A stretch of DNA of 64,000 nt from Schmidtea nova (lineage: Eukaryota): the NCBI GenBank assembly GCA_044892505.1, contig CM097883.1, positions 38,502,001 through 38,566,000 of the forward strand. Direction: 5' to 3'. The translations under genes were made by a program, and so were the position numbers. Positions within the stretch are counted from its first letter, which is position 1; every line of letters starts with the position of its first letter. The notes beneath the pieces are model-generated. The model ran no database searches. It was not told the origin of the DNA and saw only the letters and a program-made list of their open reading frames with translations. This document shows positions 25,153 to 40,100 of this stretch, piece by piece.

Positions 25153-28100
25153 TTGAGATCAAGAGCAGTTAGTGCTACAATCGAAAAAGTTGATAATTCA
25201 CAGAGAAATAAATCGAAACAAAGAGCAACCAGTGCTACAAAGAAAACAAATCCTAAAGGAAGTAAATCAAGAAGAGTAATAGTAGAAAAGTCAAAAGTCG
25301 AAAACAGTAAATTTTCTAAAACTAACGAAAGTGAAACAGAAGAAAGTGCAAGTGAAACCTACGATAATTATAATAATACGGAAGCATCAGATAACGAGTC
25401 AATAAACACAGAAGAAGTAGAAGCAGAAATTGATAATAATTCAAACGAAACGAATAACGAGCATACTAGTGAAACAAGAGGAAACGAGAGTAAAACGACA
25501 CAAGACAGCGGAATCGAAATGAACGAACATAAAGAGGAAATTAAAGATAAATTTACTGGAGAACCATTCAATGGAGATGCCAGCAAGTTAGAAACGTTTT
25601 TAAAAGAATTTGGTATATTTGTAGAAATGTGTAAATGGAAACCAGAAACGATAAGAAGCAGAATTCAGTTATATTTAAAAGACAGTGCGTTAGACTTATA
25701 TTTAGAAGCTAAAAATTCAGATGATCAACTTGATAGTTGGGAAAAGATAAAGAATTTTTTCCAGCAAACGTTTGGAATAAATAAAGTATTAAATGAAGCG
25801 TTTACAGAATTTTCAATGAGGAAACAAAAAGTTAATGAATCAAATGCAGCATATGCAAGTGAATTAAAGAAATTGGCTAAATTGGCATTTAATCAAAATA
25901 GTCCAATGAGTCCAGAATTAATGGCAGCAATTTTTGTGGGGGGATTGAGAAGACCCGATATAAGAGCACAAGTTGGATGCCAAGGTTGTAAAACAATAGA
26001 TGAAGCGTTGGAAATTGCTAACAGATTCGAATTACATATGATCGGAAGTGAAGGAAGAATTTACCTAGCAATGGATACGACACAAAACGAACAAGCAATA
26101 AAGATAAATAACCATATTCCGAACTCACAGCAATTAAATCGACCACCACCTCAAAGGAGAAATGAGGGAAATAAAATACAAAATTACGGAAACCAAAATA
26201 ATTATAGTACGCAAGGACAAACAAAGCAATGTCAAACCTGTGGAAAGTTAGGACATTGGCAACAAGAATGTTTCGCGAATTTAAATTGTAAAAAGTGTGG
26301 AAGAAAAGGACATGCAGAAAATAGATGTTACCAAAGATCATGTTATAACTGTGGACAATCAGGTCATATGGCGATGAACTGCCAACAACAAAACAACCAA
26401 CAAAGGAATTGGTCGAACAACGGAAATCGACAAAATTATACGAATCAACAGAGTAACGGAAACCGTCAGAATTTTGAAAATCAACAGAGTAATTATAACC
26501 AGAACAAAAGTACCACCAAAGAGATACATTTATTACAAGAAGTTCAGAGATTGACAGAGTTAATAAACAATACACCGAGAGGAAATCAACAAACGAATCA
26601 ACAACAAATGAATATGATGAGAAAAGTGGAAAGTGAAAATGAACGACTAAACCGAGAAAGTCAAGCACGACATGCTCAAGAATGGGCAAGAATACAAAGA
26701 GAAGACGAACAGAAACGACAAGAAAGAGAACGACAACCATTGAGAATTAATATGATGAGAGCAGCGAATCAAACAAGAGATAACAAGGAAGATATTGAAC
26801 CAGAAACAAATCAGATAAAACCAAATTTAGTAGATGAAGAAAACCAAAAAGAAATAATACAAGAAAACGAAGAAGTTATTAAACAAAAAAGGATGTTGGT
26901 AGTCATGCCAAACGATCATGTATTTCAATTTGAATATGATGAAAAAGAGGAAGTGGGAGTGTTAATTAATAAAGTAAACAAGACGATTCCGGGAACGACG
27001 AAACTACCCCGAGAAGCAATTTTACAGACGGAAGACGATGCAGCAATAAAATTGAAACCAACCGACATATGGAAAGATTTAGGAGTACCAAGGAATAAAA
27101 TGAAAGTCACAGTTATCCAAGAAATAGAAGAAAATAACGATGAAGAGAAATCAAAACCAGTAACAAAAGTCAAAAGTAGAGCATTGAAGATATTTGAAGA
27201 GAGAATCAAACAGAGAAAAGCAATGGAGATAGAAAAACGAAGAGGCCAAATAGAAGAATCAGAAAACAGTGACAAAAAAGAAGAGATACCACCAAAAAAT
27301 GTACCAGATAAAGTAGAACAGACAGCACATATAAATATGTTAAGAAACTTAACTAGAGAATTTTCAGATGTAGAAAGTGACAGTGATGTCAGTAGTTTAG
27401 CAGGGGATATGCTAAAAGAACCAGAAAAGGAAGACAACAAGATAGAAGTAGCGAAGATGCCAGAAAATGTACAAATAAAAGAAGATGAAATTCAGAAACT
27501 ATTAGATAATGCGTTAGAAGTGATTTATAACGAAGAATTTATTGATAAGAAGCGATATCGAAAATTTATAAGAGCAGTATTCCGAACGAACTATAAAGAA
27601 CGATTACAAAGTCGTGAAATAGAGATACTATCAGGATACGTCGTCAAACTATTAGATGAACCACTCCACGAATATATAATTTTAATAGAAATAAACGAAT
27701 GTTCACCAAGAATTTGGATCAAATCTCCATGCACGAACGAAATTTATCGATGGGTAGAAGACAGACTAGGAAGTTCGTATAAAAACAAATTTATATATTC
27801 AGGAAACGAACTTGTAAGACGAGCAACGCATTTGGTAGAAACAGGCATATGGCCAGGAGAGATAACAACATTATCAATATGCGACAATAAGAAAGAGGAA
27901 AATTTACAAGAAATCGCAAAGGAAGCAAATATGTGTTTTGAGATGAGAATTAAACCTCAGTTAGTAGAAAGGAAAGAAAGAATTCTTAGAGAAAATTTAA
28001 ATTCACTAATAGAACAAATTATTCAACAAATCGACAAGAATAGAGAAGAGTTAACAAAAACTGAATATGAGAAATTAAAACAATGCATCGAAAATATACG

Positions 28101-31100
28101 AGATACCAGCCATACGAGACATTCGTCATACAAGACTTGGAAAGTGATCGCGAAAATGGGAAAAGCGATGTTTAAACGAGGAGAAATAGGAGATTTGAAA
28201 ATCAAAGTGAAATTACCAAACGAGGACACAAAAGAAATTGAAGTAATCGCGGATTGCACAATAGAAGAATTAGTTGATGTTATCAATGAGACTTTATTAC
28301 AACGGGAAAAAGAAGACGAATTAGAAGACGATATCATCATAAAATATAATGAACACGTACTAGGGGATCATGATGAGAGACGATTATATAAAATCGGTAT
28401 ATGGGATAATTACCAAACAATTCACGTTATCAGAATGGATGATACGTCAAGAGAAACACCAAAAGACGAAAAAAGGAGACAAGAACGTCGAAGAGAAGTG
28501 ATGTACAAACTAAGACAAATAATAGAAATTTATCGAAGATGGCAGATACAGCCAGAAGGGGAAAATGTATTAGGAGAATTAAACTTCAACGAACGCCGAT
28601 TAACACCAGTAGAGAAACACTGGGATGTTAAAGAGAAATGCTGGAAAGCAAAAGGAGGTATATATGAAGAAGAATTTAGACCAGAAATGGAAGATAAATA
28701 TGAACCAGAAATCAGAAGAGTTTGTATGGTGACAAGAAAAGTCATGCCAACAGATTTGGATGGACCAGAAACCGCAGCAATATGGTTAGAAACGCAAAGA
28801 CGAAAAGCTGACGAACTTATTGAATTACTAAGAGGAAATGTACAAGGTAAAAGGCGAACGATCAAAGGATTAGCCGAATTCTTTGTAGCAGGCGGCGAAG
28901 ATATAATTAGTTTACGAAAAGTAGCAAAGGCAGTAACAGAATATAAACGAGTTAACGAGTGGTGCCCAGAACAATTAGACAATGTAATCAAGAAATGGAG
29001 AAACCAGGAAAACTCCCAAGAACCACCACAGAAAATACATTTAAGGATAATATATCCAGATCGAGAAAAAGAAGAACTTTGGGTAAGATTAACTGAAAAG
29101 ATTCGGGATGTTAAAAAGAGATTAAAATATGAACCACCATTTCATCTACAACATCAAGGACGATCACTAGAAAACGATATGGAAATTTGGATAACGCCAG
29201 CACAGTTAGAACTGGCAAATACGCTAACAGTAGACGCAATAGCAGGTCAACCATTAAAACTTAAAGAGAAAAGAGTAAGAGAAAGTGAAGATACTCAGAA
29301 TCTAAAGAAAACGATGCAGATAACGCCAGGAACAAGCGCAAGGCAGTACGAAACAACATCAATTAAAATCCAAGAGAGAACTCGACCACAACCATACGAT
29401 ACAGAAGAAATCCTAACAGACAGTGATGACATGCTAGAAGAATTAGCAAAATTGACAAAAGAAAAAGGCAATAATATTTTCGAAAGAGTACAAGAGTTAC
29501 CCACAACGTCACAAGCAATCAATACCCAAGATGAAGTTGAGCAAGAAATAGAAATAGAAGAAGTGAACGAAATCTCTGAAGAAGAAGCAAGAGGAGCAAA
29601 TACAGAAAACGAACGATTTACACAAGAAATGGAAAAATGGTGGGAACAGAGAAATAATGAACCAAGAGATGTTACAGAAGAAACTGGACGAGAAACCAGA
29701 TTAATTGAAACAGGTACAACAATGGATAGACGACCTAGAGGTAGACCAAAGACAGATCCAGCCAACGTAATCAACAAAACAAAAGAAGAAAGGAGACAAG
29801 AGAAATGGGAATTATGTTTAAAGAAACTCAACAAAATAGCAGAAGCAAAAGACCAGGAAATAACGCAAAAATGTCAAGGCGAAGGATGGATATCAAAAAC
29901 ACTAATGGAAATACTGGCGATAATTGATCCAGAATTGAAAAAATGGTGGAGAATAAACGAAATAAGCGACAAGGCTAAAGCATTACATAGCGCAATCGCA
30001 CCAATCTTACCCGAACTGATAAAAGAGAAGACAAAATCAAGCCATTTAGATTGGCAAGGGACCACAACGTTGATAAAGAGGTTAACTGAAGATGCAGAAA
30101 ACGATAATAAATATGTGATAGCAATTGCGTATACAATTTATAACTTATTAACATTGAGTAGAGGTAATCCAAAATCTATGGCAATAGAGAAACATATCAA
30201 AAATACGGCAAGCATCATAGCAAAAGAAATAGAACCATACGTCATCAGTAAAGGAGGATGGGAAACATTTGTTAAAACGAATCAAAGAAACAGTCAAGCA
30301 AAGAATATGAAAAAGAAATTTGAAGAAATTTTAGGAGAATTAGAAAAAGAAAAGTCAGGAACAGGAAGTGGAAAATCTTCACTAAACCTGAATTCAATCA
30401 TAATGATGATATTAATATGGCTAATTAGCGTTGAAGGAGCAACGGCGTTCGAAGTATTTGATTGCGACCAGATGGCATTAGGAGAAAAATATTCATTAAG
30501 AGGAACCGAACAATGCAAAGATGCAACTCCAACAGAATTAAAAGTATTACATAAAGAACAAATATACCACATATATCAGGAAGCCGACTTAATAAAGACA
30601 ACAGTTAATGAATGTAAAATATATAAAACAAGATTTGCTTTTTATTGTGGACATCGCCACTACTCTGCAATCGTAATGCCAGGAACGGAAAGAGAAGCGA
30701 TAATGTTACAAGGAGAAGATTGCAATAAATTGTTCAAACATGGAGAAGTCGAAACAAGAGATCGAATAAAGATAAGAGGAAAAGCTGGAGTAATACTACA
30801 ACAAACATATTATGTAGCAGGAGCTATCACAGGAGGAGAAGGTTACTGTCAAGGAGCAACATACCCAATATTTGGAGTACCAGCAACTAACATGGTAGTA
30901 ATCGACACATATACGGTAGAATTAAAAGCGTATGAAGCATATTTTGACCCAGCAACAGGAGAAATGAAGACGTTATCAATGTGCAAAATTGAAGCCAGTA
31001 CTTGTCAAACCGGTATGTCAACTTTAACATACAGAGCAAAAGCAAATGAATGCCAATTACAATTATTAAAGGAAGCAGAGTTCGACGAGGTACAAGGAAA

Positions 31101-34100
31101 AATCTTTCAGGAAGAAGATGATGATGAAGTAGCAAGAGGAAAACGTCTACAGGAGACAGTAAAAGGAGAGAAACCGTTCACAACTAAAGTACAAGAAAAA
31201 GAGGTGAGGATGAGAGAGACGCCAACAGTATTGGTTACATCAAACGCAAATATAGGAATGAGGTTTGTAAAAGGAAAACCGGCATTAAAATGTGGTGTTT
31301 CTATGTTAGAAACAAATTATCCAGGTATTTATGTATCAAGACAAGCAGCACCAAATGCAAAACCCAAGATAGACACTACAGACATCAAATTGCACGTATA
31401 TTTAAATAACAAATTGGATTTTTTATTTCATAAAGGTCAAGCATCAATGGAGAAAATATACTACGATCTCATTAACAACGATTGTATATTGAACAGAGAA
31501 ATATTAAAGACGAAATTAGCGGTAGCAATCACAAACCCGGATAGTGCTATGCCATTATTACCACTTAACGAAGGTCATTTTGGAAGAGTAGTTGGAGAAG
31601 TTATGTATGTATATATATGCCAAAAGACACAAGCAAACCTAGCAACAACGACCAGAATACGACAAGGACAATGTACCAACGAATTAGAAATTGAATATAA
31701 AGGGAAAATAAGATATGTACAACCAGTGACAAGAATCATTAACCCAGTTAGTTTTGAACCAAACCCTTTCAATTGCAGTAATGCATACGGACCATTATAT
31801 CAGAAACCAGACGGGAATTGGGTCATGTTTCCGTCAAGATCAGAAGTACAACCACCTAGAGAATTTGAATTGATGCAACTTTCAAAAGGACGAAAATTTT
31901 CCAATATAGATGTAATTAACGGAGGAATTTACAGTGCAAAAGATCTTGAAGCAGCACGACAAAATATATTATTTCCAGCTAGAAGAGAAGCAGTATTATC
32001 TAGCATTGTAACGATAACAGGAGGAACAAGTTATCAAGGAGGACCAAATTATGAATTATTACTGTCACCAGCACACTTTAGGAAAGCAACAGAGAATATG
32101 ATGAAAGCAATGTGGGGACGATTTTTAATTTTCGGACAAATGATGGCCGGAATATTAGGTGTAATTTTAATCATACAAATAATACGAGTGATAATCACAC
32201 AAATGCTAGCATGTTTCGATATTTATAAAAGAGAAAAGAAAGTTAATTGGAAATTAATAGCAGGATTTTTACCATTTTTAGCAAAAACGATGGTGTTACA
32301 TGGTCACTCCAAAGATATTCATAGAATAAAAAGATTATTAAAAATACTGGCAAAAATGAAAGGAACAGATGAAGACGTGGGAAGAAAATTCAAAAAGATA
32401 ATGACAGATGAACAAGCGAGATTACAATTAAAAAGCGAAAGAAAAGGATTATGGGAAAGAATAAGAGGAGATAAAACTCAAGATGATTCCAGTGATGACG
32501 ATGATAACAATGACGACTGTGAAGGAGGGCAAAGGTATAGAAACCAAGCACCGCAATATAGCGACAAGAATCCAACAGAAGCATGGAAATGTCACGCACC
32601 TCCACCAACAATGTACCAAGAACCATTACAGGTATCAGGACACAGAGCAATGCAAATGATGCCAATGACAACTTTATATCCAATTATACCAGAAGATTAT
32701 AAACTTAGACGATGTAGAAGTATGGATCCGCAAGACGATTCACTCACAATTGCAGTCATGTCATCAAATACAGGACCAGTATTAACTACAACCATAGAAA
32801 TAAATGGAAAAGAAATAGAAGCGATGATAGATACAGGAGCAAACATTTCGGCGATAGATATCAAATGGATACCGCAAGAACAAAGACAAGAAATTGAAAG
32901 AACAAATGTTCATGTAATAGCATGTAGTAAAGAGATTGTTGAAGTTGCAGGAAGATGGTGGGTGAAAATACGACACCAAAATATAGAAATCGAAACGTAT
33001 GTAGCCGTAATACCAGCTTTAAGCGTACCATGTATAATCGGAACAGATTTAATGCCAACACTACTTAAAGAAATAATCATCGATCTTGGAACAATGAGAT
33101 TAAAAGACAGAACAGGGAAAATATGTGCTATGGAAGCAAAAGTAATAAGCTCAAAACAAATGATAATACCAGCCAGAAAAGAGAAAATATGTTATGTCAA
33201 AATAGACCCTACAATAGAAGGAGACATGGTTTTCGAGCCAAGTAAGAGATTCGAGAAAAGGAAATCATTGCAAATGGCAAGAGGCTTAGTTAATATAAAC
33301 AACAACGGAGAAATCCCAGTAAATGTAATAAATTTTGATGAAGAAGATAAGATAATTTATGAAAACGAAAGATTAGGCAAACTAACTCCTATGATAGACA
33401 TCGAAATACCAACAAAAAGGGGAGAAAAAGCGGAAGAACCAATATGGAATATTGACAGTAAATTGTTAAATGAGGATCAAAAGAACCAATTAGAGAAACT
33501 TCTAACAGAATATAAAGATATATTCGCAGCATCTGATTTAGACCTAGGAACATGCGATGTTACAGTACACACGATACCACTATTAGACGAAACACCGATA
33601 GCATTGAGACCCTACAAATTGGCAGAAGCACAGAAAGCCGTAGCAGAGGCAGAAGTGCAGAAAATGTTAGACGCAGAAGTTATTGAACCCAGTTGTTCAC
33701 CGTGGCAATTTCCAGTGGTAATGGTGAAGAAGAAAGATGGAACGCAAAGATTTTGTATCGATTATAGAAGATTAAATGCAGTAACGAAACGAGATACATA
33801 CCCATTACCAGACATTAACGAGATGTTGTTGACATTACAAGGAGCAGCCTATTTCACATCATTAGATTTAAAAAGCGGTTACTGGCAAATAAAAGTAAAG
33901 GAGGAAGATAAGGAGAAAACTGCTTTTACTATTGGAAGAGACTTATATCAGTTCAGGAAAATGCCATTCGGATTAACCAATGCACCAGCATCATTTCAGC
34001 GATGTATGAATTTTGTGACGCATGGAATAAAACAGTGCATGGTTTACATTGATGACCTATTAATTTATTCAAGCACATTCGAACAACATATACAAGATAT

Positions 34101-37100
34101 GAGAGACGTATTCGTTAGACTCAGAGAATGGAAATTAAAACTAAAACCATCAAAATGCGATTGGGCAAAAGAAAAAGTAACTTTCTTAGGACACATAGTG
34201 TCGGCACAAGGGAAAGAACCCGATCCCAGAAATATTGAAAAGGTTAAAGAATGTCCAGCACCAAAAACGATAACACAAATACAAGAATTCCTTGGTTTAT
34301 GTGGATATTACAGGAAATTTATAAAGGATTATGCAGGAATTGCAAAACCCATGCAAGAATTAGTAAAGAAAGATGTAACGTTTATATGGGGACAAGAACA
34401 ACAAACAGCGTTTAAAACGCTAAGAGATAAATTGATAACCGCACCAATATTAGTTCATCCAGACTTCAAGAAACCATTTTTACTAGCAACAGACGCAAGT
34501 GGATACGCTGCAGGAGCAGTACTAGGACAATATGATGATGAAGGGAAAGAAAGAGTAATCGGATATTACAGTAGAACGTTTAAAAAGCATGAGAAGAATT
34601 ATTCAGTAACAGAAAGAGAAGCATTAGCAATAATATTGGCTATAAAACACTTCAAATATTTATTATGGGGACATGTAATATGTATAACTACAGACCATCA
34701 ACCGCTTGTATGGTTAGGACAGCATAAAGAAACATCCAGTAGACTAATGAGATGGGCAATGCAACTGCAAGAGTACTCACCAGATATAAAATTTAAATCA
34801 GGAAGAGCAAATTCAAACGCAGACTGTATGTCAAGATTAACTTTCCCAGAATTAATAGACCCAGAGGTACAAAGAATATGCGTATTGATAGCGGAAGATT
34901 TAGATTTCAGCGAATTAAAGAAGGACCAACAAGAAGACAAAGAATTAGGACTAATAATAGAATTTATGAAATCACGGAATTTAGACGTATTCAAAGATAA
35001 TGAGGAATTAACAGAACATGTGAAAAAATATCAGCATCGGTATATAATAGAGAAAGGATGGCTGTTAATACAAGATGGAGAAAAGAGGTTAATGTGCTTA
35101 CCAGAAAATAGACGAAAGGAAATAATAACGCAATATCACGATGGAAAACTCGGAGGACATATGTCAAGCCAGAAAACAATCAATCGTATGAGACAGAAAT
35201 ACCATTGGCCGACAATGGAAGAAGATGTTAAAGAATGGATAAAAAACTGTCTAACATGTGCAACTAGAAAAGATAGCGGTAAGAAATGGAAAAATCCTCT
35301 AAAACCTATGCCAATACCAGCAGAACCAATGACAACCATCGCGATGGATGTAATAGGACCGTTACCAGAAAGCTTGAACGGAAACCAATACATACTAGTA
35401 ATAACAGATTATTTAACGAAATTTCCAGAAGCATTCGCAATGGAAGACCAAAAAGCAAAAACAGTAGCAAAAATCTTGGTAGAAGAGATATGTTGTCGAT
35501 ACGGAACGCCTAAACAAATATTGACAGACCAAGGAACGAATTTCATGAGCGAAGTATTCGACGAAGTAACAAATTATTTTAGAATAGCGAAATTAAGAAC
35601 GTCACCCTATCACCCACAAACTAATGGACAAACAGAACGATTTAACGGCACATTGATTAGAATGCTATCGAATTACGTATGTAAACATCAGACTGATTGG
35701 GATGAGTATATAAAACTATGTCTAATGGCTTATAGAATGTCGATACATGCAGCCACAAAATTAAGCCCATTCAAACTAATGTATGGAAGAGAATGTAACA
35801 TACCTATTGATTTAGAATACCAACCACCATTGTCTCAATACATGGAAGAAGACGACTATGTTACCAAGTTCAAAGAGAGAATGCAGGAAATATGGAAGAC
35901 AGCGGAACTAAATATAAAATTTTACCAAGAAAGTTATAAAGATTTGCACGACCAAAAGAAAAACGTGAAGACAAACGATTTAAAACCAGGAGACTGGGTA
36001 ATGATTGAAACCCCAGAAATAATACCAGGAACAGTAAAGAAATTACAAAGACCGGGAAAAGGCCCGTATGAAGTGATATACAGAAACGAAGATAATGTCA
36101 AAGTAAAACTTGTAAATCGACCATTAGTACGACCAATATACGTGAATACATGTAGATGCAAGAAAGTGCCAAAAACAATAACAATGATACCGGAAGAGAG
36201 AATCATGACGAGATCACAAACCATCAGAATAAATATGCTCAGAGCGGAAGAAATTAACACAACTAGTCAAGTAGACAGTGAGAAAATAGATGTTGACAAA
36301 GAGATCGTACGAAAAGCCAAAGAAATAAACGAAAGATGGGAAATCAGACAAGAAAAAGACGTATTATGGGATATACGACAAATAATCAGTGATTACGCAC
36401 GAGGATGCCCAACCAAACCAATTATAATAGAATTACTAAAGAAAATACCAGAGATACTCGTATTACAAGATACAGGAGGTGCAACTGCACTACACAATGC
36501 CATAAGTTGGGGTAAAACGGAAAAGGTAAAAGAATTCTTGAAAATAGCAAAAGAAACGAATCAAAATCTAGACATTGTAAATCGAGAATTAGAAACGCCA
36601 ATGATGACAGCAACCCTAAGCTTAGCAGATAAAGAAATAGTAGATATGCTGATTAACGCAGAATTCAACTGGACAGCTCGAGATAGAAGAGGAAACACAG
36701 TTTTAAACCATGCAATAATGAGTGAAAATCAAATGATACTAAAACATATAACAACCAACCTCACATGGGAAATCGAAGAATTAATCAAAGGAGAAATTAT
36801 GAAAGAAGCGATTCGGAAGGGAAACACTAAAACAATATGGAAACTAATACAATGGAAATGGCCGAATAATAAAACATGGGTATTAGATATAAACAAAGAA
36901 TTTAGCGAAGGACAGAATGCACTATTGAGATACTTGTTAGAGTTTACGTGCGATCAGAGAACGATGTTAGCACTAATAAATAGAGGAAAAATAAATATTA
37001 GTAAAAACGAAGAGGAATATAAACTAGAAGTTGAAAAGAAAGCTTTATTCAGGAAAATTTGGGTATGGTGTCAAAAACAAATACGCAAAGACATAAGCTA

Positions 37101-40100
37101 CAAAAATATAAATGATTTCCAAGAAAAGTATAAGATAATAATAAAGGAATACAAGAAGCTAGTGGAGATATTAAACGATCCAGAAAAATTTAATCAAGCG
37201 ATAAATCAGAAAGAAGAAGAAAGTAAAAGGATACTCACACCATTGTTCAACGCGAAGATAGATTACCAAGAAAGATTGGATGCAATACACCAAAAAGCAA
37301 AGGAACTATTACCAGAATTCAAAAATACTAAATACGCCTTGGAAATACTTGGCGCGATAGTAGAGAAAGTACACGCGTACGCGAAAGGAATATATAATGG
37401 AAACGATATAATAATTATAAAAAGAGAAATGCCAGTTGCGTTCTTATTAACTAAAGAAAGAATAATGCCGATTCATAGAGCATTGAGAGCAGGAAAAGAC
37501 GGTAAAGTAATCGAAATCGCAAGAGTAATGCATCAATGTGGATGTGATATGAATATGATAGACGAAAAAGGAGACACCCTCATGGTATACGCAGCAAGAG
37601 CAAAAACAAAAGTCAAAGTATTAGAAGAATTATATAAAGCAGGCGCAGGATTAATCGGAAAAACTGTCAAAGACAACTCAATATTAGACGTGACATTATT
37701 AGGTCCAAACTGGGAAATGTTGAATTTCATTAAAACGATAACAAACCAGGAAGAGATAGACTATTTAACAGAAACCGTAAAAGGACCAAGCGTATTGACA
37801 ATGATGCAAAACATCAAATTGACAGAAGAAGTATTAAACTGGAAAATACCAAATACAAACAAACCAGCATTTAAAGTTAACAAGTTTATGGAGAATAATC
37901 GAAATTGGTGTATCCAAAGCGCACTAATAACTTATATATGGCCCGAAATTGTAGAAATTTTCATGAGAAGAGAAGATCTGAGATTTACAAACAAGCCCAA
38001 AGAAACGGAAAAGATGGTCAAATGGAAAGAATTGATGAAAACACACCTTCAAAGTTGGATAAAAGCCAAGAAAGAAATTATACAGTATCAATTAGACAAC
38101 AAAAAGATACCCGAAGATATAGAATTCCAAGAATTTGAAGCAAGTAACTTAACATCATTATATTATGCAAAACTAATAGAAACCAGTAATGTCGAGGACG
38201 ACATTTTTAACGAGCCAGGGAGAGATAATAATACTGACAATGATGATGACGATGAAGAAAACAATGACGACGAGAGAAATAAAGACGATGATGATGATGA
38301 AAACAGTCACGGAAATCCAGATAACCACGAACAAACCAATAAAGAAGACGAGAACCAAGAGAGAAATACAAAGAAACAAGAATCCAAAGAACCAAGAGAA
38401 GACAACCCTAAAAATAATCATGAAAAGAAAGGAACAAGTTACAGAAGGAATCCATTATTCAGACCAGAAGTATTAATGTTCGCAATAATCATAACACTTA
38501 TGGGACAATGTGAAGCAACGAAACAAGAGATATCAGTAGAAATGGAAGTACCAATACAAAAAGCATCAACACAGATAATGAATTCAAAGGATATTGAACA
38601 AGTATGTTGGGTCAAAGAGAACGAAATTCTCGGAGATAACAACCTATTACGATGTATAATACCAAACCCCGAGCGAAAAACTATAATAATAGACGAAATG
38701 GACATGGAAACATGGTACAGAATATGTACTATCAGAAAACCCAAGGACGAAAAATCACACAAAACAGTTACATGCCAAGTATACAAGACACCCAAAGTTC
38801 GATATGAGTTCGCCAATGGAATAGACCTTCCAGGACCATTTTATTTTAAAATAACAAGAGAACCAGCATCAAGAAAAGTCTTACAACAACTAAGAACCAA
38901 GATAACAACACCAAGTATAAGGAATACAACGGATAAACCAGAACCAAAAAGACGAACGAAACAAACCACAAGAGTAATCTATAATTCCAAGTTGTTATGT
39001 ATAGCACTTATTATGACAATACTGAAGCGATTGGAAGAAGGGATAGAAATGGATACAATGACATTAATAGACATGGAAGAGACACGAATGACAAATCAAA
39101 AATGTTGGGTTAGAAACGATGAAAAATTAGAATTAAAGGAATCAAGAGAAATTCAAAAATTGGAAGCGAGTAAAACGAACAAAGTAATCAAGATAATAAA
39201 GATAAAAACAGACAGAATTCATAAACTATGTTTATTGGAAAAAGAGAGAAACAAGAAAGGAATAACCAATTGTAAAACATTCCAAGCAGGGAAAATAATA
39301 ACGTTTGCAAGAAAAATGGGGAAAAGAAACAAACAAAATTTCCAGAAATTAACCATAACGTTAGAAATAACGGGAATAGAACAAAATGTAAACGGAGTAT
39401 GCTGGAGAAAATACGAGAAAGAAACGAATAAACATAAATCATCACAATGTCAAACAATCAGAGGAACAACTGCAGTGCAAATAAAAAGCTTAGAAAGAAA
39501 TCAAACGTATGAAATATGCCTAGTAAAGGAAAATGATCAAATAACGAAAGAAGATTTAGAATGCAGAATATACAAAGCACCGAACAGAGTAAAAACCATT
39601 AAAGCAATACGAAAGAATAAAAGACAACAAAAACCGAAGCATACCACTACCGAAAGTCAAACAGAACCAGAGAGGAAAACCTCAGCAACACTTATACTTT
39701 GGAAACTAGATGACAAAACAGTAGAAATATGTTGGACAATGATCAAGAAATATGAAGAAAGACAACCACAACAATGCGAAAAGATGAACAAAGAAGAGGA
39801 GATCAGAATTCAGAACCTACAATTGGACAAACAATACGAAATATGCGCAATAGAAAAGGCAGATAAATTTGGAAACCAGCAAGAGAAATGTGGAAACTAC
39901 TATACACCGACAAATACAACGATCAAAGGAAGAATCAAGAAACTAACTTTCGGAGAATTGAATCAAACAACGAAACAAATGGAAAACGAGGAAACAATAA
40001 TAGATTCTTATGCACAATGGAAACCAGAAAAAGTAATCCAGGAAGTCAAAAGGAAACAACAAGAACGACAACAATTGGAACTCAAATTGAAAGGACAATA

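Noticed and set aside
33130-33390. dUTPase-like segment between PR and RT
   Set aside because: The beta-rich spacer resembles the degenerate insert common in Gypsy pol; no catalytic dUTPase motifs are recognisable.
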